A stretch of DNA of 36,651 bases. Source: an uncultured Bacteroidaceae bacterium. Its GTDB lineage: Bacteria > Bacteroidota > Bacteroidia > Bacteroidales > Bacteroidaceae. Numbering within the stretch: position 1 is the stretch's first letter; every line of letters begins with the position of its first letter. The DNA lies in assembly GCA_964403455.1 (NCBI GenBank), contig CAYOGG010000002.1, forward strand, positions 1-36,651. The letters run 5' to 3'. Positions 8,730 to 16,502 of this stretch are shown here, piece after piece. The notes below the pieces were generated by a model. That model was not told the DNA's origin. It did not search any database and saw only the letters and a list, made by a program, of their open reading frames with translations. A program made the position numbers and the translations under genes.

Positions 8730-8761
8730 TTTGTGATAGACATATATAATACATATATTTG
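8730..8761 (+). promoter_or_regulatory. Bacteroidetes promoter for rubrerythrin (-33 TTTG and -7 TATATTTG)
   Basis: TTTG at 8730-8733 and TATATTTG at 8754-8761, separated by 20 nt. The ATG at 8785 follows after 23 nt. Confidence 0.5.
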
Positions 8762-8784
8762 GACAAAATTATAATAGCGAAGTT

Positions 8785-9324
8785 ATGAAAGAATTAAAAG
8801 GTTCTAAGACTGAAGCAAATCTTCAGGCTGCGTTTGCAGGAGAGTCTCAGGCTCGTAATAAATACACCTATTTTGCATCACAAGCAAAAAAAGAGGGATA
8901 CACACAAATATCTTCGATTTTTGAAGAGACAGCCAACAATGAAAAGGAACATGCCAAAATTTGGTTTAAACTTCTGAAGGGTATAGGTTCTACCGTAGAA
9001 AACCTTAAGGTCGCTGCCGAAGGTGAATACTATGAGTGGACAGATATGTATGTAGGTTTTGCCAAAGATGCCGAAGAAGAAGGCTTTACCGATATTGCAA
9101 GATTATTTCGTGGCGTAGCTGCAATAGAAAAAGTACATGAAGAGAGATATCGTACTCTTTTAGATAATGTAATTAACAATAGAATATTCATTAAGGAAGA
9201 TGTTGTAATTTGGCAATGCAGTAACTGCGGTCATATTGTAATAGGTAAGCAAGCTCCGGAGGAATGTCCGGTTTGTTCGCATCCCAGAGCTTATTTTCAG
9301 GTTAAAGATGAAACATACAAATAA
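8785..9324 (+). CDS. rbr: Rubrerythrin
   Basis: Ferritin-like di-iron domain ([27 protein letters not shown]) plus a C-terminal rubredoxin-like CSNCG...CPVCSHP. Confidence 0.93.
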   Translation: MKELKGSKTEANLQAAFAGESQARNKYTYFASQAKKEGYTQISSIFEETANNEKEHAKIWFKLLKGIGSTVENLKVAAEGEYYEWTDMYVGFAKDAEEEGFTDIARLFRGVAAIEKVHEERYRTLLDNVINNRIFIKEDVVIWQCSNCGHIVIGKQAPEECPVCSHPRAYFQVKDETYK

Positions 9325-9332
9325 TTTATAGA

Positions 9333-9899
9333 ATGGAAACATTTGCAACTTTAGACGGCCTGCTCAAAGCATTTTGGATTATTGCAGGAGCATCCAGTTT
9401 GGTTTTTATTATTCAGACTATTATGACTTTTATCGGTCTGGGAACTGATTCCGATTTCGATACCGGAGCTGAAGGACTTGATGATGGTGGCTTCAATGGA
9501 GTTTTCTCCTTCCGTAATTTAGTGAATTTTCTTTTGGGTTATGGATGGACAGGTGTTGTTTTGTTTGATGATATTAATTCAAGTGTTATTTTGCAATTAG
9601 TTGCTATCGGAGTAGGATTCCTGTTTGTGATAGCTTTTCTTTTGATGTTCAAACAGATGATGAAACTGTCACATGACGGTACTTTTAAATTTAATGAGAC
9701 TGTAGGAATTATTGCAGATGTATATTTGCGCATTCCTGCCAATCGTAAAGGGAAGGGTAAGGTCCAACTTAGCGTACGTGGTTCCGTTCATGAGATAGAT
9801 GCTATTACGGATGATTCGGAGGAGATTCCTACCGGAGCTAATGCCAAAGTAATTAAGGTTATAGGAGATGATGTGGTACTGGTTTCAAAAACATTTTAA
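9333..9899 (+). CDS. NfeD-like / YqiJ-like membrane protein with C-terminal OB-fold
   Basis: Three hydrophobic segments, an acidic loop DSDFDTGAEGLDDGG, and a C-terminal beta-rich domain (GKGKVQLSVRGSVHEIDAIT...). Sits immediately upstream of a flotillin gene, as in yqiJ-yqiK pairs. Confidence 0.65.
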   Translation: METFATLDGLLKAFWIIAGASSLVFIIQTIMTFIGLGTDSDFDTGAEGLDDGGFNGVFSFRNLVNFLLGYGWTGVVLFDDINSSVILQLVAIGVGFLFVIAFLLMFKQMMKLSHDGTFKFNETVGIIADVYLRIPANRKGKGKVQLSVRGSVHEIDAITDDSEEIPTGANAKVIKVIGDDVVLVSKTF

Positions 9900-9911
9900 C
9901 AAAAATAATTA

Positions 9912-11309
9912 ATGGATATTACAGTTCTAATTGTGATTGCGGTAGTATTGCTTTTTATACTATTCGCTACAATCATTCGCAGGTACAGACGTTGTCCGTC
10001 TGACAAAATTTTAGTTGTTTATGGAAAGACCGGAGGCGGTTCTGCCAAGTGTATTCACGGTGGTGGTAAGTTTGTATGGCCTGTTATTCAGGATTATGCA
10101 TACTTGAGTCTTACACCTATTTCTATTGATGCCAATCTGACTAATGCTTTGAGCCGTCAGAATATTCGTGTTGATGTGCCTTGCCGTTTTACGGTAGGTA
10201 TCTCAACAGAGTCGGATAGTATGAATAATGCCGCTGAACGTCTGTTAGGATTATCCGCAGATGAGATTCAAGAGTTGGCTCGCGATATATTGTTCGGTCA
10301 GCTTCGTTTGGTAATTGCTACCATGACGATTGAGGAGATTAACTCCGATCGTGATACGTTTTTGGATAAAATCTCTACTAATGTAGAGGTGGAGCTTAAG
10401 AAGATAGGTCTTCGTCTCATCAACGTCAACGTTACCGATATTAAGGATGAGTCAGGCTATATTCAGGCTTTAGGTAAGGAGGCTGCAGCTAAGGCAATAA
10501 ATGAGGCAAAAGTCAGTGTTGCCGAACAAGATAGAAACGGTGAAATCGGTAAGGCAGAAGCAGTTAGAGAGACTCGTATCCGTACTTCACAAGCTAATGC
10601 CGTGGCGGTTCAAGGAGAAAATAATGCTAAGGTGGATATAGCCAACTCTGATGCTTTTCGTCGTGAGAAGGAGGCTGAAGCTCTTCGTTTAGCCGTTACC
10701 GCTGAGAAGGTGCAGCAGGCTAAGGCTCTTCAGGATTCTTATGTTGCTGAGCGTGATGCCGAGTTGGCTCGTGCCGATCGTGAACGTTCTACACAACAGG
10801 CAAATATTTTGGTTTCTCAGGAGATAGATAAGCAGCGTGTAATTATAGCAGCTCAGGCTGAAGCTGAGAAATTGAGGGTTAATGCAAAAGGTGAGGCTGA
10901 TGCCATATTTGCAAAGATGGAAGCAGAAGCAAAGGGTTATTATGAGATACTTACCAAGCAGGCTGCAGGTTATGAGAAGATGGTTGAGGCTGCAGGTGGC
11001 GATGCTTCCAAGGCATTCATGTTGTTGCTGTCGGAGAAGATGCCTGAATTGATTAAGACTCAGGTTGAGGCTATCAAGGGTGTTAATATTGACCATGTTA
11101 CTGTTTGGGATTCCGGTAACGGTACCGGAAAAGATGGAAAAGGTTCTACCGCCAATTTTTTGAGCGGACTGATGAAGTCTATTCCCCCAATGTCTGATTT
11201 GTTTAACCTGGCTGGTTTGGATCTTCCTGATTATTTAGCCAAGAAGAAGGATGATACAGTTTCTCCTTCTCCTATAGAGGCTGAAGAGATTTCTACGGAA
11301 GAAAAGTAA
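9912..11309 (+). CDS. Flotillin family protein (SPFH/Band 7 domain, YqiK-like)
   Basis: N-terminal TM helix, SPFH domain (RCPSDKILVVYG...NIRVDVPCRFTVGI), then a long Ala/Glu/Lys-rich coiled-coil region (EAEALRLAVTAEKVQQAKALQD...). Confidence 0.88.
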   Translation: MDITVLIVIAVVLLFILFATIIRRYRRCPSDKILVVYGKTGGGSAKCIHGGGKFVWPVIQDYAYLSLTPISIDANLTNALSRQNIRVDVPCRFTVGISTESDSMNNAAERLLGLSADEIQELARDILFGQLRLVIATMTIEEINSDRDTFLDKISTNVEVELKKIGLRLINVNVTDIKDESGYIQALGKEAAAKAINEAKVSVAEQDRNGEIGKAEAVRETRIRTSQANAVAVQGENNAKVDIANSDAFRREKEAEALRLAVTAEKVQQAKALQDSYVAERDAELARADRERSTQQANILVSQEIDKQRVIIAAQAEAEKLRVNAKGEADAIFAKMEAEAKGYYEILTKQAAGYEKMVEAAGGDASKAFMLLLSEKMPELIKTQVEAIKGVNIDHVTVWDSGNGTGKDGKGSTANFLSGLMKSIPPMSDLFNLAGLDLPDYLAKKKDDTVSPSPIEAEEISTEEK

Positions 11310-11330
11310 GCTAATAAATAACTGAACTTT

Positions 11331-11367
11331 AAGAGCGTTCGAAAATTACTTTCGGACGCTCTTTTTT
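11331..11367 (+). terminator. Rho-independent terminator after the flotillin gene
   Basis: aagagcgttcgaaa (11331-11344) pairs with tttcggacgctctt (11350-11363) with one G-U pair. Followed by a T-run to 11367. Confidence 0.75.
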
Positions 11368-11635
11368 AATTTATTAAACGATTATATATACAGGCATATT
11401 TAGCCATTATGTATTATAATGAGGTTATGCATACGATTAATTGTAATAATATAAGCCATATATGTTTTATTTGTTAATGTAAAGTCAAATTATTGACAAT
11501 TCAGACCATTTTTATTAAAGATAATGACTAAATTGCGCGGATTTTAGTCCAAATAATGAATTAGAGTCAATTTACTAACTTAATCTGTTTAACTACAGAA
11601 AATTAATTATTTAATATTTTACTATTATTCTTGTT

Positions 11636-14263
11636 ATGAGAAAAGTATTAATCTTTTTTGTCGCAATATTTGCGTTCGTTGTTATGGCAAATGGCGATGA
11701 GAGTAAGGATTATAAGTATCCTTTCCAGAACCCGAAATTATCAAATGATGAGAGAGTGGATAATCTTATGTCCCTCCTTACTCCTGAAGAGAAAATCGGA
11801 TTGATTATGAATAAGTCTATTTCAGTTGATAGGCTTGGTATTCCTTCTTACAATTGGTGGAGTGAGGCTTGTCATGGTGTTCGTCAGGGTGGATATACAG
11901 TATATCCTCAGCCAATCGGCATGGCAGCTTCTTTTGATCCGCAGATGATGTATGATGTGTTCTCAACAGTATCTGATGAGGCTCGTGCCAACTGGAATAG
12001 GTCAAATCATGATATTTTTAATGTACAGATGGGTGCAAACTATGTTCCCGGCAATCCCGAGTTGACTTTTTGGTGCCCGAATGTCAATATATTCCGTGAT
12101 CCAAGATGGGGACGGGGTCAAGAGACTTGTGGCGAAGATCCATATTTGATGGCTGTTATGGGTGTGCAGACTGTTAAAGGTATGCAGGGCAATGATAAGA
12201 AATATTATAAGACTCACGCTTGCGCTAAACACTATGCCGTTCATAGCGGTCCTGAGCCTCAACGTCACAAATTTGATGTGACAGTATCCATGAGGGATCT
12301 GTGGGAAACATATTTGCCGGCTTTTGAAGCTTTGGTTGTAGAGGGTAATGTTCAGGAAGTAATGTGTGCATATCAGCGTTATGAGGGTGTTCCTTGTTGT
12401 GCAAGTGATCGTCTTCTTACCGACATCCTACGCAATAAGTGGGGATATAAGTCCTTGGTGGTTACAGACTGCGATGCCGTAAACAATTTCTATAACAAGA
12501 ATCAGCATGGTACTCATCCGGATGCTGTGTCAGCTTCCGTTGATGCTGTTCTCTCAGGTACTGATCTGGAGTGCGGTAAAAGTTTTATGTCACTTGTAGG
12601 TGGTGTCAAGGACGGACTTATTAAAGAATCCGATATAGATGTTGCTCTTCGCAGAGTTCTGAAATCACGTTTTGAGTTGGGTATGTTTGATCCGGCCGAG
12701 ATGTTACCTTGGGCAAATCTGGGTGAAGATGTTATCAGCAGTGAGTCAAACGATCGTTTGGCAGTTCAGTCAGCACGTGAATCTATGGTTTTGTTGAAGA
12801 ACAATAATAATGTGCTTCCTCTTTCGAAGGATATAAAGACAATTGCAGTTGTAGGTCCTAATGCTGATGATGCAAGTCTGTTGAATGGTAATTACGGTGG
12901 TACTCCTACTGAAGAACATACCCGTACCTTACTGGAGGGTATCAAGAAAGCTGTACCAAATGCTAATGTTATCTATCAGAAGGGGTGCGAACTGACCGAC
13001 GAATATATCACTACATATTATATGGGTGATTTCAATGAAGGCAAGGGTCTTTATGTGGAGTTCTTCAACAACACTAAGTTTGAAGGCGAGCCTGCTGTTA
13101 AAAAATACTATGAAACACTCAATTTCAGTACTTTCGGTGCTTATAACTTCGCAGACGGAGTTGAGAAAAATGATTTCTCAGTTAGAATAACCGGAAAATA
13201 CGTTTCATCTTTTACAGGTAACATGAGCTACAGTGTAAGTTCTGACAACGGTTTTGTACTTACTGTAAATGGTGCAGTTGTTGAAGAGTCTAAAGGTGGT
13301 AGTACCGGCCAACAACGCGGATTCGGATTCGGCCGTCGTGGTGGTGAAAACTTTAAAACTTTCCCTGTAGAAAAGGGTAAGACTTATGATGTTAAGATAG
13401 AATATGTAAGAGGTACCGGTTCTTTCGCTATGTTGAACGCTCAGTTCTGCCAGAAGAAAGTTGCTGAATTTACAGAGCTTGCACAGTCATTAAAGAATGC
13501 AGATGCTATTATCATGATTGGCGGTATTTCAGCAAGCATGGAGGGTGAAGGCGGTGACCGTGCGGATATTGAGCTCCCAATGGTACAGCAGAGATTGCTT
13601 ACAGCAATGCATTCAACAGGAAAACCTGTTATAATGGTTAGCTGTTCCGGCTCAGCTATCGGTTACGGAAGTGTAGAAAAACAGTACGATGCACTCATTC
13701 AGGCATGGTATGGTGGTCAGGGTGGTTCTGAGGCTCTTGCCGATATTATTTTCGGAAACTACAATCCTTCAGCTAAACTGCCTGTTACATTTTATTCATC
13801 TACAGCTCAGCTTCCTGACTTTGAAGATTATAGCATGGAAGGACGTACATACAGGTATTTCCACGATAAACCATTATATGCTTTCGGTTATGGACTTAGT
13901 TATACAACATTTGAGTATGGTACAGCTAAACTGTCGAAATCTAAGATTAAGGCAGGTAGTGAAGTTTCAATAACTATTCCTGTTACAAATAGCGGTTCAA
14001 GAGATGGTGATGAAGTTGTACAGGTTTATATAAAGAGTTTGGATAATCCGTTAGCTCCAATCAAATCTTTGAAGGGTTTCCAAAAGGTTAATATAGCTGC
14101 AGGTGCAAAAACCAAGGTTAAGATAACCCTGGGTGCAGATGCCTTTAAGTATTATGATGAGGCTGTTGATGGCCTATCCGTTAAATCCGGAAAATATCAG
14201 ATCCTTTACGGCTCTTCTTCACGTGATGAAGATTTGAAGGCCTTGGATTTAGAAGTTCTATAA
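11636..14263 (+). CDS. Glycoside hydrolase family 3 (beta-glucosidase/beta-xylosidase type) with inserted PA14 domain, exported
   Basis: Signal peptide. GH3 N-domain motifs (NIFRDPRWGRGQETCGEDPYL, KHYAVHSGPE, SLVVTDCDAV). PA14-like insert (YVEFFNNTKFEGEP...FSVRITGKY...YDVKIEYVRG). C-terminal Fn3-like domain. Confidence 0.9.
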   Translation: MRKVLIFFVAIFAFVVMANGDESKDYKYPFQNPKLSNDERVDNLMSLLTPEEKIGLIMNKSISVDRLGIPSYNWWSEACHGVRQGGYTVYPQPIGMAASFDPQMMYDVFSTVSDEARANWNRSNHDIFNVQMGANYVPGNPELTFWCPNVNIFRDPRWGRGQETCGEDPYLMAVMGVQTVKGMQGNDKKYYKTHACAKHYAVHSGPEPQRHKFDVTVSMRDLWETYLPAFEALVVEGNVQEVMCAYQRYEGVPCCASDRLLTDILRNKWGYKSLVVTDCDAVNNFYNKNQHGTHPDAVSASVDAVLSGTDLECGKSFMSLVGGVKDGLIKESDIDVALRRVLKSRFELGMFDPAEMLPWANLGEDVISSESNDRLAVQSARESMVLLKNNNNVLPLSKDIKTIAVVGPNADDASLLNGNYGGTPTEEHTRTLLEGIKKAVPNANVIYQKGCELTDEYITTYYMGDFNEGKGLYVEFFNNTKFEGEPAVKKYYETLNFSTFGAYNFADGVEKNDFSVRITGKYVSSFTGNMSYSVSSDNGFVLTVNGAVVEESKGGSTGQQRGFGFGRRGGENFKTFPVEKGKTYDVKIEYVRGTGSFAMLNAQFCQKKVAEFTELAQSLKNADAIIMIGGISASMEGEGGDRADIELPMVQQRLLTAMHSTGKPVIMVSCSGSAIGYGSVEKQYDALIQAWYGGQGGSEALADIIFGNYNPSAKLPVTFYSSTAQLPDFEDYSMEGRTYRYFHDKPLYAFGYGLSYTTFEYGTAKLSKSKIKAGSEVSITIPVTNSGSRDGDEVVQVYIKSLDNPLAPIKSLKGFQKVNIAAGAKTKVKITLGADAFKYYDEAVDGLSVKSGKYQILYGSSSRDEDLKALDLEVL

Positions 14264-14277
14264 ACAAAACGGTCAAT

Positions 14278-14321
14278 AAAAAAATGCCGATGCAAACTAC
14301 ATGTCTGCATCGGCATTTTTT
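14278..14321. terminator. Bidirectional terminator between the GH3 and YgiQ genes
   Basis: aaaaaaatgccgatgca (14278-14294) and tgcatcggcatttttt (14306-14321) form a hairpin flanked by A- and T-tracts. Confidence 0.8.
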
Positions 14322-14342
14322 ATTGTTATATTTGATTTGATA

Positions 14343-16157
14343 TTAACCGAATAATTTGCTTATCAAGTCAGTTCTACCTATACGTCTTAATTCATTGATA
14401 ATTTGGCTTCGTTGTGAAGACTCATACCAAAAGAAGAATTGTCGTTGAGCCGATTTCTCATTTTGGGAATGAGCCGTATAGACAGACTCCATGGTGTATG
14501 GGTTTATACCGGTATAGTATATCTCCGTGCTCAATGTCATCGGAGTAGGAGTGAAGTCCTGAATTTGTTCGAGATGGAAGTTCAAACGTTTAGTAATAAC
14601 TGCCAATTCAGCCATATCCTTTGTGGTACAACCCGGGTGACTGCTTATGAAATAAGGTATAAGCTGCTGATTCAGACCGGCGTCGTTGTTGATTTTGTCA
14701 AACATTTGTTTGAACTGAGTGAATTTGTCGAATGAAGGTTTACGCATCAAATTGAGTACACTATCTGAGGTATGCTCGGGAGCTACTTTTAAACGCCCGC
14801 TTACATGTTTGGCAATAAGTTCATTAGCATATTCTATGTGAGAACGATTGGTTTTTTCGTCTTTGTCCTTATACAAAAGTATATCGTAACGTATTCCACT
14901 ACCTATACAGCTTTTTTTTACACCTTGTATGGAATCCACCGCCTGATAGATGTCTATTAGAGGACTTAGATTCGTATTAAGGTTAGGGCAGACTTTGGGC
15001 ATGAGACAAGTGGGCCTTTTGCATTTCTCACAAATGGTTTTGTCTCTTCCCTCCATTTTGTACATATTGGCTGATGGACCTCCTAAATCTGATATGTATC
15101 CTTTGAAATCATCCATTTGTACTACTTGTCTCACCTCTTTCAGTATGCTCTTTTTGCTTCTGCTTACAATCTGCTTTCCCTGATGTGCCGAAATAGTGCA
15201 AAAGGAACAACCGCCGAAACATCCGCGGTGTATATTGATGGAGTGGCGTATCATCTCGTATGCAGGTATGCGTTTACCTTTATAACGAGGGTGTGGCAAG
15301 CGAGTGAAAGGTAGATCGTAAACCGAATCCAACTCTTCAGAAGTCATTGTTTCGTATGGTGGGTTGATTACGGCATATCTATTGTCAATCTGTTGAATGA
15401 TTCTGTTGGATAATATTTTATTGGACTCTTCCTCAATTATTCTAAAGTTTGCAGCTTGAAAGCGTTTATCCTTGAGGCAATCTGAGTGCGAAGCCAATAA
15501 CAGGTCTGTATTTGTTATCCCACCCGGTATTCCCTCTTTTTTACATAGAAAACCTATCTGCGGCTGTCTTTCGATAAACTCTTTTGCAGAGATACCATGC
15601 TCCATTATAGCTTTGGTCACTGATATGATGGGCCTTTCTCCCATACCGTATATCAGATAATCAGCCTTGCTGTCAACCAATATGCTTGGAAGTAGTTTGT
15701 CTTGCCAATAGTCGTAGTGGGTCAGCCTGCGCATTGAAGCTTCTATGCCGCCTAGTACTACCGGTACATCAGGAAATAACCTTTTAAGCGCTTGGGTATA
15801 TACAATAGAAGGGTACTCAGGCCGACCTGAATGACGACCGTCAGGAGTATAAGCATCTTCCGAGCGAAGTCTCTTGCCTGCTGTGTAGCGGTTTACCATA
15901 GAGTCCATACAGCCTGCAGTAACACCGAAAAACAGAGTAGGACGTCCTAACTTGCGAAAGTCGCGCAGGTCATCCTGCCAGTTGGGTTGGGGTACAATAG
16001 CTACACGTAAGCCTAATGATTCCAAAACTCGTCCTATAACAGCAGTACCGAAAGATGGATGGTCCACATAAGCGTCGCCACTAAAGAGAATAACATCAAG
16101 TTGTTCCCATCCTAATTGTTCGCATTCTTTTTTTGTGGTAGGTAGCCAACGATTCAT
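14343..16157 (-). CDS. ygiQ: YgiQ family (UPF0313) radical SAM protein
   Basis: N-terminal YgiQ-type domain (LPTTKKECEQLGWEQLDVILFSGDAYVDHPSFGTAVIGRVLE). Radical SAM cluster motif CFGGCSFC. C-terminal DUF3362-like region. Confidence 0.9.
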   Translation of the reverse strand: MNRWLPTTKKECEQLGWEQLDVILFSGDAYVDHPSFGTAVIGRVLESLGLRVAIVPQPNWQDDLRDFRKLGRPTLFFGVTAGCMDSMVNRYTAGKRLRSEDAYTPDGRHSGRPEYPSIVYTQALKRLFPDVPVVLGGIEASMRRLTHYDYWQDKLLPSILVDSKADYLIYGMGERPIISVTKAIMEHGISAKEFIERQPQIGFLCKKEGIPGGITNTDLLLASHSDCLKDKRFQAANFRIIEEESNKILSNRIIQQIDNRYAVINPPYETMTSEELDSVYDLPFTRLPHPRYKGKRIPAYEMIRHSINIHRGCFGGCSFCTISAHQGKQIVSRSKKSILKEVRQVVQMDDFKGYISDLGGPSANMYKMEGRDKTICEKCKRPTCLMPKVCPNLNTNLSPLIDIYQAVDSIQGVKKSCIGSGIRYDILLYKDKDEKTNRSHIEYANELIAKHVSGRLKVAPEHTSDSVLNLMRKPSFDKFTQFKQMFDKINNDAGLNQQLIPYFISSHPGCTTKDMAELAVITKRLNFHLEQIQDFTPTPMTLSTEIYYTGINPYTMESVYTAHSQNEKSAQRQFFFWYESSQRSQIINELRRIGRTDLISKLFG

Positions 16158-16160
16158 TGA

Positions 16161-16487
16161 TTATTCTTTATTGTCTTCTTTTAACTGTTCCGGATTCTCT
16201 GAGTTCCATTTCTCATATAGAGATAGTAGACTCTTCAATCCGAATGCTTTCATATCATTGTGATAGATGACATCAATACATAAGTCCAATAGATTCTTAC
16301 TTGAGCAGTTGCTAGTAGTTAGTAGTGAACGGATATTGAGTCTTAGCTTGTCAAGAACCAACTCGTTAATAATGCCGTTACTATCTATTAACAACTGAAA
16401 CAGTGAATACTCTCTGATTGTCTGCAGATTTTCATCGGAAACGGATATGGCTCGTGTTCCGGAACGATTCGCTTGAATGTTGTACAT
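16161..16487 (-). CDS. Hypothetical cytoplasmic protein, 108 aa, no family recognised
   Basis: ORF packed between the 965-aa gene (15-nt gap) and ygiQ (3-nt gap). No signal peptide or TM segment. Coding status is inferred from this packing only. Confidence 0.5.
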   Translation of the reverse strand: MYNIQANRSGTRAISVSDENLQTIREYSLFQLLIDSNGIINELVLDKLRLNIRSLLTTSNCSSKNLLDLCIDVIYHNDMKAFGLKSLLSLYEKWNSENPEQLKEDNKE

Positions 16488-16502
16488 AACTTATTCGTTT
16501 TT

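Noticed and set aside
8600-8784. Crp/Fnr-type TTGAT-N4-ATCAA or TGTGA-N6-TCACA box in the regulator/rbr intergenic region
   Set aside because: I found only half-sites (TTGATTCCTGAAGT, TGTGATAGACA) and no convincing palindrome.
11409-11477. 22-codon Cys-containing ORF (MYYNEVMHTINCNNISHICFIC) in the AT-rich region upstream of the GH3 gene
   Set aside because: There is no promoter motif, no partner maturation genes nearby, and ORFs of this length are expected by chance in AT-rich DNA. It would be worth revisiting only if conserved.
11373-11596. Possible invertible promoter: ttaaacgatta near 11373 versus taatctgtttaa near 11581 as inverted repeats
   Set aside because: The arms are only about 11 nt with an indel, in very AT-rich sequence. 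No recombinase gene is nearby. This is far weaker than typical Bacteroides inverton repeats.
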